NCBI GenBank assembly: GCA_039028615.1
Contig: JBCCHT010000021.1
Location: 147,821 to 211,820 of the forward strand
From: Myxococcota bacterium
Lineage (GTDB): Bacteria; Myxococcota_A; Polyangia; Nannocystales; Nannocystaceae
Direction: 5' to 3'
DNA length: 64,000 bases
Shown here: positions 1 to 9,180 of the stretch, piece by piece
How the letters are laid out: each line of letters starts with the position of its first letter
Position numbering within the stretch: position 1 is the first letter of the stretch
Notes under the pieces: model-generated
Seen by the model: only the letters and a program-made list of their open reading frames with translations
Told to the model about the DNA's origin: nothing
Database searches by the model: none
Program-made: the position numbers and the translations under genes

Positions 1-1245
1 GAGCTGTTCGAGCCGGATCCCGCCGCCGTCGACCAGGGGTACGTGCCTCTACGTAGTGTGGCGCCCGAAATCGGTGCTCGCGTCGGCTTCTTCCCGGGAC
101 GGGTCGTGGGGCTGGAGCTGGAGGGGTCTTTGATGCCCACTCGCACGACGACCCGACGGTCCGCGCTGGTATGGGCAGTACGGGGTAACGTGCTCTTGCA
201 GCTGCCCACGTACTCCCTCACGCCCTTCGCCGTCGTCGGTCCGTCGCTGCTCGGGGTTGCATCGGGCGAAGGCGCGGTGGGGCACGACCAGGACTTCGGC
301 GTGCATTTCGGCGTGGGGCTCAGGGCCCAGCTCAACCGCCACCTCGGACTGCGGCTCGACATTCGCGACACGCTCACCTCCCGGCGAGGCCTGGACGCTG
401 GCTTCGCCCATACCCCCGAGGTCTTGCTGAGTGTGTCGGTCTCCCTGGGGCGCTCGCCCAGCCTGACCCCGCTGCCGACGTCCGGGCGCACGCGAGACGA
501 TGTCGATGGTGACGGCGTGCCGAACGAGGTCGATGCCTGCCCTTCGGTGGGCGGCTACGAGCAGTATCGTGGGTGCCTGGACGACCCCCTCGGCGACCGT
601 GACGGTGACGGCGTCGTCGATGCGGAGGACTTGTGTGTCGATACCCCGGGCGAACCAGACATCGGCTGTCCGTACATCCACGAGGCCTATGACATGGACG
701 GGGACGGCATCGACAACGAGTCCGATCGTTGTCCCTCGATCGCGGGGCTATCCCAGTACCAAGGCTGCCCGGATACCGATGGCGACGGAATCCACGACCT
801 CGACGACGAGTGCGCCGATCAGAGCGAGAACTACAACGGCTTCGCCGATGACGATGGCTGCCCCGACCAGCGACCGTTCGTTCTTCCGATCAAGCCGCTC
901 TTCTTCGATGACGTCAGCTTCGAGCGAGGCCGACACCGCATCGGCGCCGAGTCGTACCCCGTGCTGGACGATGCCGTGGAGAAGCTCGAGTCGTTCACCG
1001 AGGTCCGGCTGGAGATCCGAGGACACACCGACTCTGCGGGGCGTGAGGAGGACAATCTGCGGATTAGCCTCGAGCGAGCACAGGCGGTGAAGGACTACCT
1101 GGTCGAGCACGGCATCGAGCCCGAGCGGCTGGAGGTTCGCGGTGTCGGGTCGACTCAGCCGATCGCGAGAAACGACACCGACAGAGGGCGTGCGGCCAAT
1201 CGGCGGGTGGAGCTGAGGATCGTCTCGGCGTCGGATCGTCGGTGA
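1..1245 (+). CDS. OmpA-family outer-membrane protein with thrombospondin type-3-like Ca-binding repeats (5'-truncated by window edge)
   Basis: Frame is open from base 1. Beta-barrel-like N-terminus, repeated DxDGDG..D.CP motifs, and a C-terminal OmpA domain (IRGHTDS...NLRISLERAQAVKDYL...NRRVE). Confidence 0.9.
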   Translation, partial: ELFEPDPAAVDQGYVPLRSVAPEIGARVGFFPGRVVGLELEGSLMPTRTTTRRSALVWAVRGNVLLQLPTYSLTPFAVVGPSLLGVASGEGAVGHDQDFGVHFGVGLRAQLNRHLGLRLDIRDTLTSRRGLDAGFAHTPEVLLSVSVSLGRSPSLTPLPTSGRTRDDVDGDGVPNEVDACPSVGGYEQYRGCLDDPLGDRDGDGVVDAEDLCVDTPGEPDIGCPYIHEAYDMDGDGIDNESDRCPSIAGLSQYQGCPDTDGDGIHDLDDECADQSENYNGFADDDGCPDQRPFVLPIKPLFFDDVSFERGRHRIGAESYPVLDDAVEKLESFTEVRLEIRGHTDSAGREEDNLRISLERAQAVKDYLVEHGIEPERLEVRGVGSTQPIARNDTDRGRAANRRVELRIVSASDRR

Positions 1246-1766
1246 GGCGGGCACTGCCTGATCCTCAATCTATCGCATGAACTCGGCACGAGCGTTCGTT
1301 GCAATTTGGGCCGCGGCGTCGAGCAACGGAGGGTGACGACGATGGCCCCTACACCTACGCCGTGACTCGGGGTTGGCATGAAGGCGCACCCCCGAGGCTC
1401 GCGGTGAAACGACCACTCGCCTCGAGGACGAACCGGATCACAGTTCTGCGTAGGACGTGCTGTTTCATGTCACGTTGAAATCTACTCACATGCTCGTCGC
1501 TACATTCGCTCGCTTCCGATCGTACGAGTGGTCGTTGGATCGGTCTCGGGGCGTCGCGACGAACGTGAGACCGGCTCGGAACACGGTGAGAGGACGCGGC
1601 TTCGAGCGAGGTGTCCCGATCGAGTTCTGGCGTTCGGCCGGGTGTTGCTTGGGCTATCATTGGGTGGCTTGGGTCGGAGCTTGGTAGCCGTCGTCGCGCG
1701 TGCGCGAGTCGGAGTCCGGCGGAGCATGGATGCTTGGTCGAAGTTCGAGGCAGGAGGCAAACAACG

Positions 1767-4700
1767 GTGAGATCGGAACAGACTCGACATGGATGTACCG
1801 TCGTCGCGGTGAGCGGCACGCATGGGGTGGCGCTCGCGATGGGGTGGCCGCAGGGACAGACGCAGGACCTGCTGGGGTTCGCAATCTCGCGTCGTGATGG
1901 CGGGGGGGAGCCGACTTGGTTACCGGTGGTCGTGCAGTTCGAGGGTCGGCCGATCGAGACGGGCAAGCTCTACCCGTCGAACGAGTCGCCGATTCAGTCG
2001 ATGGTGTGGAACGACTTCGGGGTCTCGGACGACAAGACCAGCCACGGCCTGCCCCCGGACACCGAATTCACCTATTCGGTCGCACCCGTGCGCGGGACCC
2101 CGGACCAGTTCCAGGTGTGCGAGGACCAAGCGGTCGCGGTCACCGTGCGCACCGAGCCCGAGTACGCCGAGAAGGGAGCCTCGGTGTTCTTCAACCGCGG
2201 GCTGTCCGATTCGCAGGAATACGAGCGCCTATTCGGCGAAGGCCACGTGCCCGATCCAAACAAGCCCGAGGACGCCGAAGCGATGGCCTGGCTCGCGCGG
2301 GGGCTGGATGTCGCCATCATCAAGTTCATCGAAGAGGCCATCGACGACGAGAGCCTGACCCTCGACGCGGCCGTGTATCACCTGGACCATCAGGGGGTGA
2401 TCGATGCGCTGGCCAAGCTCGGCAAGCGTTGTCGGGTGTCGATGGACTGGGGCAGCGAGGAGGAGCACGCCGATCCTCCCAATACGGGCCCCAACCAGCC
2501 GGCCTACGATCGGCTGACGAAGGCGGGGGTGACGGTGCATCAACGCCGGCACGTCGCCATCAGCCACAACAAGTACATGCTGCTCAAGGGAGCCGACGGC
2601 AAGGGCAAGGCGATCCTCACTGGTTCGACCAACTTTACCAACGGAGGCATCAGCACGCAGTCCAACCAGAGCGTGATCGTGCGCGACCCCGAGGTCGCGG
2701 CGGTGTACCTCGAGGACTTCGAGCGCGTGCTGCAGGACGACAACAAGGGGCTGCGCGAGTTCAACGCGCAAGGGGAGGTCATCAGCGACTCTCTCGAGGT
2801 CTACTTTTCGCCGCACAGCGCCAGCGACACCCCCGATCTCGACCGCTTCAAGGCACTCGCTCGAGACGCCGAGTCGAGCATGCTGTTTTTGACCTTCCGA
2901 ATGACCTCGCACGAAGTGCTCTCGGAGATCTTCAGCCGCGGTGACTCGCAGGACGACGACCTGCTGGTCTTCGGCGTGGCCGACCGCGTCTATAAAGGCA
3001 ACGACGGCAGCGGCGACCGCCTGATCTACGACGAGTCCCTGGCGGGCGACCCCCGCGTGGTCTCGGCCGCGGACCCTCTCGACGACCTCTCGGAGGAACC
3101 GGGCGAGGACGTCCTGTACGACGAGCTCAAGCGCGAGGGCTACGACCCGCTGGTCCATCACAAGATCCTGCTGGCGGACTGGGACAGCCCCGAGTGCACG
3201 GTGGTGACGGGCTCGGCGAACTACTCCAACAACTCCAGCAAGAACAACGACGAGAACTCGCTGGTGATCCGCGGAGACCAGCGGCTGGCACAGCAGTACT
3301 TCGTGGAGTTCGCTCGGCTCTATACCCACTGGCGTGGTCGCTGGCTGGAGGAGCGCAACTACAAGCACGAGCATCAGGCGCTGACGCTCGCCGCTGACTC
3401 GAGCTGGACGAAGACCTGGTACTCGGGCAGTCGCAACACCGAGCTGCTGAAGTTGGCGCTCGGGGCGGAGGCATTCGCGCGGACGATGGAGCCCACACCA
3501 GCGGAAAAGGTCGCGCGGGAGGCCGCTCGCAAGGCCGCGGCGCCTCGGATGGAGCACGTCATCGTGCTGATGCTCGAAAACCGCTCCTTCGATCACATGA
3601 TGGGCTTCCTGCCCGGGGTCGAGGGCGTGCTGGGCGACGACGGCAAGGTCGATCCGGCTCGCTACAACTACGCCGATCCGCTCGACTCGACCTCCGCCAA
3701 GTACACGGTGGGCCAGGCGGAGTACTTCGCGATCCCTGCCGACGATCACAAAGACGAATACGGCGGGCCCTCGCACTCCTACCCGGCGGCGACCGAGCAG
3801 ATCTTCGGCCAGAAGTATCAGCAGTCGTCTCCACCGGGGAGCGAGCCGGCGGTGAACAACGGCTTCATCAAGAGCTACATCAAGGAGCTGAAGTTCTCGC
3901 AGAAGGTCGATGACCCCAAGGCGAAGCATGTCCGGGTGGCGATCGATGCGTTCTCGCCGACGCAGATGCCATCCATCAGCACGCTGGCCGAGGAGTTCTG
4001 CGTGTGTGACCACTGGTACTCCGAGGTCCCCGGGCCCACGGAACCGAATCGGCTCTTCACCCATGCGGCGACCTCCGAGGGGCTGACCCACAACGTGTGG
4101 GACCACGCGATCCAGTCGCGGACCATCCAGGAGAACTTGGCCGCCAAGGGCCACTCCTGGCGGTTCTACTACCAAGATCTGAGCGACTCGAATCAGTTCC
4201 CTGCGCTCAAGCGGGAGGTGGACCAGGTCCGGCCGTTCGAGAAGCTCTACGAGGACCTCCGAAGTGGGGATCTGCCGGCGTACTCGTTTCTGTGCCCCCG
4301 GTACTCGGACACCGACACGGAGTTCGCCAACTCGCAGCACGCGCCCTACGACGTGCGCTACGGCGAGCACCTCATCGCGGACGTGTACGAGGCGGTTCGC
4401 CGTAGCCCCAAGTGGAAGAACATCCTGCTCATCGTCACCTACGACGAGCACGGCGGGTTCTATGACCACGTCTACCCGCCGCGCGATGGCGTCCACAACC
4501 CGGATGGCCTGACTTCACCGACGGCCTACGATGCCGAGCTGAACAAGTCCAACCCCGACAAGTACGGCTACCTGATGGGGGACGACTACAAGTTCACCTT
4601 CCAGCGGCTGGGATGTCGGGTTCCCGCGGTGCTCATCTCACCGTGGATCGCCAAGGGCACGGTCGACTCCACTCGCTATCAGCACACCTCGATCGCGGCC

Positions 4701-5222
4701 ACGCTCAAGGAGGTCTACGAGCTGCCCGAGTTCCTGACGCGACGGGATGCGCAGGCCAACACGTTCACATCCGTACTCGCTCGAGCGACGGAAGCCCGCG
4801 ACGACGCGCCGCTCACCGTGCCGCGGCCGCCGTTGCCGGGGCAGGGGTCGAACGAGGCCGCGCCCGCTCCCGGGACGAAGCCGCTGGGGGTGCTGCAGCG
4901 AGGGGTCTACGCGACGCTGACTCACCTGGACGGTCACCCCGACTCCGGCAAGCCACCGCGCGTGCCCAAGACCCAGGCCGAGGCATCGGCGTACATCAAG
5001 GAGCGCTACGACGCCCACAACGCATTCCACCACGCGCTCGCGAAGAACGGCCGCTTCGAGGTCTACCAGGACAAGGCCGGGGAGCATCGGTGGCGCCTGC
5101 GGGACGGCGCCGGGCAGATCATCGCGAGCTCGGGCGAGGGCATGAAGACCAAGGCCGAGGTCGACGCCGAGATCGAGACCATCCGCAACCTGGCGCCGTC
5201 GGCCGACCGCGCAGACGTTTGA
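1767..5222 (+). CDS. Fusion protein: phospholipase D-like (two HKD-type motifs) + phosphoesterase/phospholipase C domain + C-terminal DUF1508/YegP-like domain
   Basis: PLD motifs HNKYMLLK..TGSTNFT and HHKILLAD..TGSANYS; phosphoesterase motifs EHVIVLMLENRSFDH and VTYDEHGGFYDHV; C-terminal FEVYQDKAGEHRWRL..GQIIASSGEG. Start moved from 1611 to the in-frame GTG at 1767, which follows a GGAGG RBS. Confidence 0.85.
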   Translation: MRSEQTRHGCTVVAVSGTHGVALAMGWPQGQTQDLLGFAISRRDGGGEPTWLPVVVQFEGRPIETGKLYPSNESPIQSMVWNDFGVSDDKTSHGLPPDTEFTYSVAPVRGTPDQFQVCEDQAVAVTVRTEPEYAEKGASVFFNRGLSDSQEYERLFGEGHVPDPNKPEDAEAMAWLARGLDVAIIKFIEEAIDDESLTLDAAVYHLDHQGVIDALAKLGKRCRVSMDWGSEEEHADPPNTGPNQPAYDRLTKAGVTVHQRRHVAISHNKYMLLKGADGKGKAILTGSTNFTNGGISTQSNQSVIVRDPEVAAVYLEDFERVLQDDNKGLREFNAQGEVISDSLEVYFSPHSASDTPDLDRFKALARDAESSMLFLTFRMTSHEVLSEIFSRGDSQDDDLLVFGVADRVYKGNDGSGDRLIYDESLAGDPRVVSAADPLDDLSEEPGEDVLYDELKREGYDPLVHHKILLADWDSPECTVVTGSANYSNNSSKNNDENSLVIRGDQRLAQQYFVEFARLYTHWRGRWLEERNYKHEHQALTLAADSSWTKTWYSGSRNTELLKLALGAEAFARTMEPTPAEKVAREAARKAAAPRMEHVIVLMLENRSFDHMMGFLPGVEGVLGDDGKVDPARYNYADPLDSTSAKYTVGQAEYFAIPADDHKDEYGGPSHSYPAATEQIFGQKYQQSSPPGSEPAVNNGFIKSYIKELKFSQKVDDPKAKHVRVAIDAFSPTQMPSISTLAEEFCVCDHWYSEVPGPTEPNRLFTHAATSEGLTHNVWDHAIQSRTIQENLAAKGHSWRFYYQDLSDSNQFPALKREVDQVRPFEKLYEDLRSGDLPAYSFLCPRYSDTDTEFANSQHAPYDVRYGEHLIADVYEAVRRSPKWKNILLIVTYDEHGGFYDHVYPPRDGVHNPDGLTSPTAYDAELNKSNPDKYGYLMGDDYKFTFQRLGCRVPAVLISPWIAKGTVDSTRYQHTSIAATLKEVYELPEFLTRRDAQANTFTSVLARATEARDDAPLTVPRPPLPGQGSNEAAPAPGTKPLGVLQRGVYATLTHLDGHPDSGKPPRVPKTQAEASAYIKERYDAHNAFHHALAKNGRFEVYQDKAGEHRWRLRDGAGQIIASSGEGMKTKAEVDAEIETIRNLAPSADRADV

Positions 5223-5234
5223 GGAGCAGTTTTC

Positions 5235-8200
5235 ATGACCGATCAGAATCAACCTGTGACCTTCCTCGACGGCGGCGGGCTCGACATCTCGAGCCAACAT
5301 GCCCAGGACCTGTCTGGAGAACGCGGCGAGCAGCGCTTGCTGGACCGCTATCGGCTGATGCAGCGCGGGCTGGTCTATCCCGCGCCCTACGCCCGTTTCG
5401 TGAGCTACTGGACGGCCGAGGGCAAGTCGATCACGCGCGCGGACATCACCGCCGTGATGAAGCAAGTGCGTGACGAAATCCACGAGCGCTTTGGCTCCAC
5501 CAACACGTCGGCCATCGTCGGCGTGAATTTCGATCTGTACCGGCAGTGGTGCGAAGACGATGGCGGCAGCATCCCGGCCGGTATGAAGCTGGCGTTCCCG
5601 GAGGACGGCAGCGAGCGTTCTTCGGTGTTCGACCGCTCGCGCGGGGTCTTTCAGGACTCCGAGGCCAGCCTGTGGTTCCACATCAAGTCGGACGAGCAGG
5701 CCAACCTCGAGGGGGTGAACGAGGTGGTGTCCAAGGCCCTCGGGGACTTGGTGGGGCGCAGCGTGTACCAGGACTGCAACCAACGGCTGCGGCCGGGGAG
5801 CGGGGACGCGGGGCGGGTGCTCGGCAAGCGCTTCGCCGAGAACCTCAACAACCCCACCGACCCGGTGACCATCGCTCACCACACGCTGGTGGGGCACGAC
5901 GACATCGAGCACCTGGGGGCGTCCTACGCCCTCGCTCAGCGCTTCTATATCAACTGGGAGCGCATCCACCAGATGGCGGAGGAGCAGGTCGAGGACATCA
6001 TCGGCCGCAACTCGAACGACGAATTCCTGCCGAACCGAGACACGCGGAGCCACATCAAGTCCGCTCGACAGCAGGACGCGCAGGGCAACACCACGTTCGT
6101 GATGCGGCTCGGGCTGCCGTTCGGAGCTTCGCCCTACGCTTCACGCCCCGACCTCGCGCTGGCCGGCAACAACCGCGGGGACGAGGCGGGAATCTACTTC
6201 GCCGGGTTCGCCAAGCGAGTGGACGTGTTCGAGACGATCATGAGCGCACAGATCGGCGACACGCCCGGCTTCATGAACGACCGGTTGTTCAACAACCTGC
6301 GCTCCGATCTGGGCGGGTTCTTCTACATCCCCAACCGTCGCGACCTGGGCCTCGTGCCCGAGCCGTGGGCGAAGGAGTCGGAGCGAGACTGGACGCGCTT
6401 CCCGGGCATCGACTGGTCGCGGCTGTCCCGTCACTTCACCGACAAGTCACCCAACGGGTGGATGTACTACAACCACAAGAACTATCTGTACGAGATGGCC
6501 ACGATGCCGACGGAGCGGCGGGCACAGCTGAACCCGCCCTCCACGCGCATCTTGACCTTGCTCATGGACATGTTCGCCCGCTGGCAGGACGCCTGGTACT
6601 TCGCCAAGGGCCAAGACGACATGGGGTCGCTATACGACCACATCGCCAGCGACCCCGACTTTGGCCCGGAGAAGGCCAAGGAGGTGCATGGGCTGTCCAT
6701 CATGGAGCGCAAGGGCTGGGCCACGCGCATGCAGTGCCGGCTCTACGCGACGGATGCCTATGGCTATCGAGGGCGGCGGAAGGTCGATGGGGTCGATCGC
6801 CCGGGCGCCGATACCTACCGGATCCACCCCGAGGAGATCATCGTGGGGGCGCTGCCGGATCTGAGCCTGGGGCAGGGCCGCTACTGCATGAAGTACCTGC
6901 GCGAGGAGGAGCGTCAGCCGGCGTTCTTCCGCGGCCTGACCGAGGCCTCCGGCGTGGGCCACGTGCTGCCCGACCATCAGAAGCTGGTCGACCTCGGGCT
7001 CGGCAGGCTCTTGGCCGAGATCGACGCCAAGGCCGAGTCGGTGGCCGATGACGACAAGCCGTTCTACCGTGCGTGCCGTTTGTCGCTCGAGGGCGTGCAG
7101 GACCACCTCGAACGCTACGCCGCGCTCGCCGACTCGATGGCGGCCGCGTGTGCGCACGGGCAGGCGGCGGAGCGCAACAACCTCGAGCAGATCGCGGCTC
7201 GCTGTCGGGCCCTACGCACCGACCAGCCATCGAGCATGGTCGAGGCGGCGCAGCTCATCTTCACCTATCACACGTGTCTGCACCTCAACGGTGAGCCGGT
7301 CTCGGTCGGGCGTCTCGACCAGTACCTCGGGCGCTTTCACGACGCGGACATCGAGGCGGGGCGCCTCACTCCCGAGGGCGCGCAGGAGATCATCGACGCG
7401 CTGTGGGTCAAGCTCTCGGAGAAGATCCTGCAGAACCGGATCTTCATTCATGACCACCAGCCCTACGGAAACCTGGCCATGGGTGGCGGCTCGGGGCCGT
7501 ACCCGCAGGGGGCGTCGCTCGGGCAGTGGATCATGCAGGTGACGGTCGGCGGCTGGGTTGCCGACGAGGAGAAGGTACCCACGCCCGCGTACAACGAGGT
7601 CACCCGGCTGTGCATTCGCGCCTCGGGCCGCCTGCCGCTGACGGCCCCGTGTCTGTCGCTACGGGTCAATGCCCACACCCCCGCCGACCTGCTCGAGGAG
7701 GCCGCACGCGCGGTCCTCTCTGGTGGCGCGCACCCGATCCTGCTGCACGACGACAAGATCGCGGCCGGGCTCGCGCAGTCGGGCGACGGGATCGGCGAGG
7801 GCGACCCGAACAACCCGACCGCGTCTACCCCGGTCGCGGCCAAGGCCCAGGGGCGCTGGGACAGCCAGGTCAGCATCGCCAGCGCGCGTAACTTCGCCAG
7901 CGACGGCTGCTACGAGCCGCTGTTCACCGGGCAGACCTGGTTTGCGCTGGGGGGCTTTTCAACCCTCAACCCCCTGGAGTGCGCGCTCAACCAGGGCCGT
8001 TCCTACGCGTCCGCGGGGGAGACCTTCCTGCACGGGCAGAACCTCTCGTTCCATACCCCCCCGGCGGAGCAGATCGAGAGCTTCGAGCAGCTCCTGGAGC
8101 TTTACTTCACGCACTTCCGACTGCTGTGGGCCAAGACCTTCGACGGCCAGATATCCACCTTCGACGCTCTGGCCGATATCTGCCCGGCGCCGCTGCTGTC

Positions 8201-9176
8201 GGTGCTGACGGACGACTGCCTGGCGAAGGGACAGGACATCTACGGGGGAGGGGCACGCTACAACGTCTACGCGCCGTGCTGGATCGGGCTCAGCACCACC
8301 ATCAACAGCCTGTGGAACATCAAGCGCATGGTGTTCGACGAGGACTCGATGGTCACTTCTCTGGCGGAGCTGCTCGAGTGCCTGATGTGCGACTGGGGCA
8401 ACAAGATGGTCGAGCCCATGGTCAGCTCGTTGATCGGGCCCAACCGCATCGCGGCCAAGGCGGTTCGGTTCCAGCGCCTGCGGGAGATTGCCTTGTCTAT
8501 GCCGCGCTACGGCGAGGGCAACCCCGAGGTGGACGAACTCGGTGATCGCATCGTGCACGAGGTCGCGAGGTTGACCGTCGACGTGCTGCGGAACCCGGCC
8601 GAGTCCACGGCCAAGAAGATGCTGGACTTCGCCAACCGGCACGGCACGCCGGAGCAGCCCTTCGGAGGCTTCCAGATCCACCCGGGCACGGGGACCTTCG
8701 AGAACTTCTCCGCGTTTGGTGTGGGCAGCGGGGCGTCGGCGGACGGACGGCGTCTCAACGCTCCCATCGCCAGCGACATGAGTGCGGCCCCGGCACGTTC
8801 CGATGCCCCGGCCGACCCCGCGTACGTGCCCTTCGATGCCGCTCTGGCCAGCAGCGAAGGCGATGGAGCCAGCGCGATGTGGGACGGAGCGCCCACCGAC
8901 TTCAACATCGACGAGACCTTTCCCGTGCAGACCCTCGCCGACATGTTCGGTCAGTTCGCCCGCGGCAAGGGCAGCAACATCCTGACGGTGACCGTCGCGT
9001 CGCGGGAGACCTTCACCGAGGCACCCAGCCACCCGGAGTCCTACGACCTACTCCGCGTCCGCATGGGAGGCTGGTCCGAGTACTTCACGTCGATGTTCCC
9101 CGTCAGTCAGGTCCAGCACCAGCGGCGGCCGGTCATGACTCCACCCCACGACGCCGCCGACACCAAGGAGGGATGA
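5235..9176 (+). CDS. DyP-type haem peroxidase domain fused to a PFL-like glycyl-radical enzyme domain
   Basis: First ~370 aa show DyP features (LWFHIKSD, RFAENLNNP, SHIK, MRLGLPFG, GIYFAGF, DRLF..GGFFYIP). The remainder shows GRE features (EEIIVG, SVGRLDQYL, QVTVGG, GCYEP, GASADGR, YDLLRVRMGGWSEYF). GAGGAG RBS upstream. Confidence 0.88.
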   Translation: MTDQNQPVTFLDGGGLDISSQHAQDLSGERGEQRLLDRYRLMQRGLVYPAPYARFVSYWTAEGKSITRADITAVMKQVRDEIHERFGSTNTSAIVGVNFDLYRQWCEDDGGSIPAGMKLAFPEDGSERSSVFDRSRGVFQDSEASLWFHIKSDEQANLEGVNEVVSKALGDLVGRSVYQDCNQRLRPGSGDAGRVLGKRFAENLNNPTDPVTIAHHTLVGHDDIEHLGASYALAQRFYINWERIHQMAEEQVEDIIGRNSNDEFLPNRDTRSHIKSARQQDAQGNTTFVMRLGLPFGASPYASRPDLALAGNNRGDEAGIYFAGFAKRVDVFETIMSAQIGDTPGFMNDRLFNNLRSDLGGFFYIPNRRDLGLVPEPWAKESERDWTRFPGIDWSRLSRHFTDKSPNGWMYYNHKNYLYEMATMPTERRAQLNPPSTRILTLLMDMFARWQDAWYFAKGQDDMGSLYDHIASDPDFGPEKAKEVHGLSIMERKGWATRMQCRLYATDAYGYRGRRKVDGVDRPGADTYRIHPEEIIVGALPDLSLGQGRYCMKYLREEERQPAFFRGLTEASGVGHVLPDHQKLVDLGLGRLLAEIDAKAESVADDDKPFYRACRLSLEGVQDHLERYAALADSMAAACAHGQAAERNNLEQIAARCRALRTDQPSSMVEAAQLIFTYHTCLHLNGEPVSVGRLDQYLGRFHDADIEAGRLTPEGAQEIIDALWVKLSEKILQNRIFIHDHQPYGNLAMGGGSGPYPQGASLGQWIMQVTVGGWVADEEKVPTPAYNEVTRLCIRASGRLPLTAPCLSLRVNAHTPADLLEEAARAVLSGGAHPILLHDDKIAAGLAQSGDGIGEGDPNNPTASTPVAAKAQGRWDSQVSIASARNFASDGCYEPLFTGQTWFALGGFSTLNPLECALNQGRSYASAGETFLHGQNLSFHTPPAEQIESFEQLLELYFTHFRLLWAKTFDGQISTFDALADICPAPLLSVLTDDCLAKGQDIYGGGARYNVYAPCWIGLSTTINSLWNIKRMVFDEDSMVTSLAELLECLMCDWGNKMVEPMVSSLIGPNRIAAKAVRFQRLREIALSMPRYGEGNPEVDELGDRIVHEVARLTVDVLRNPAESTAKKMLDFANRHGTPEQPFGGFQIHPGTGTFENFSAFGVGSGASADGRRLNAPIASDMSAAPARSDAPADPAYVPFDAALASSEGDGASAMWDGAPTDFNIDETFPVQTLADMFGQFARGKGSNILTVTVASRETFTEAPSHPESYDLLRVRMGGWSEYFTSMFPVSQVQHQRRPVMTPPHDAADTKEG

Positions 9177-9180
9177 GGCC

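Noticed and set aside
1455..1495. Pho box upstream of the PLD operon
   Set aside because: There is a single GTCAC half-site with no partner at 11-bp spacing.
1611..1766. ORF-track start of the PLD fusion at 1611
   Set aside because: The extension looks non-protein-like, and GTG 1767 has a GGAGG RBS.
2229..4496. Long antisense and alternate-frame ORFs throughout (e.g. 2229-4496 -, 18072-20255 +, 39788-43567 +, 53381-56620 +)
   Set aside because: Shadow ORFs expected in high-GC DNA. They overlap genes with clear family motifs and have no recognisable motifs themselves.
5235..9176. Naming the GRE as pflB or cutC, or the DyP as encapsulin cargo
   Set aside because: It lacks the PFL Cys-Cys pair; CutC-specific residues cannot be verified by eye; no activase, microcompartment or encapsulin genes are in the window.
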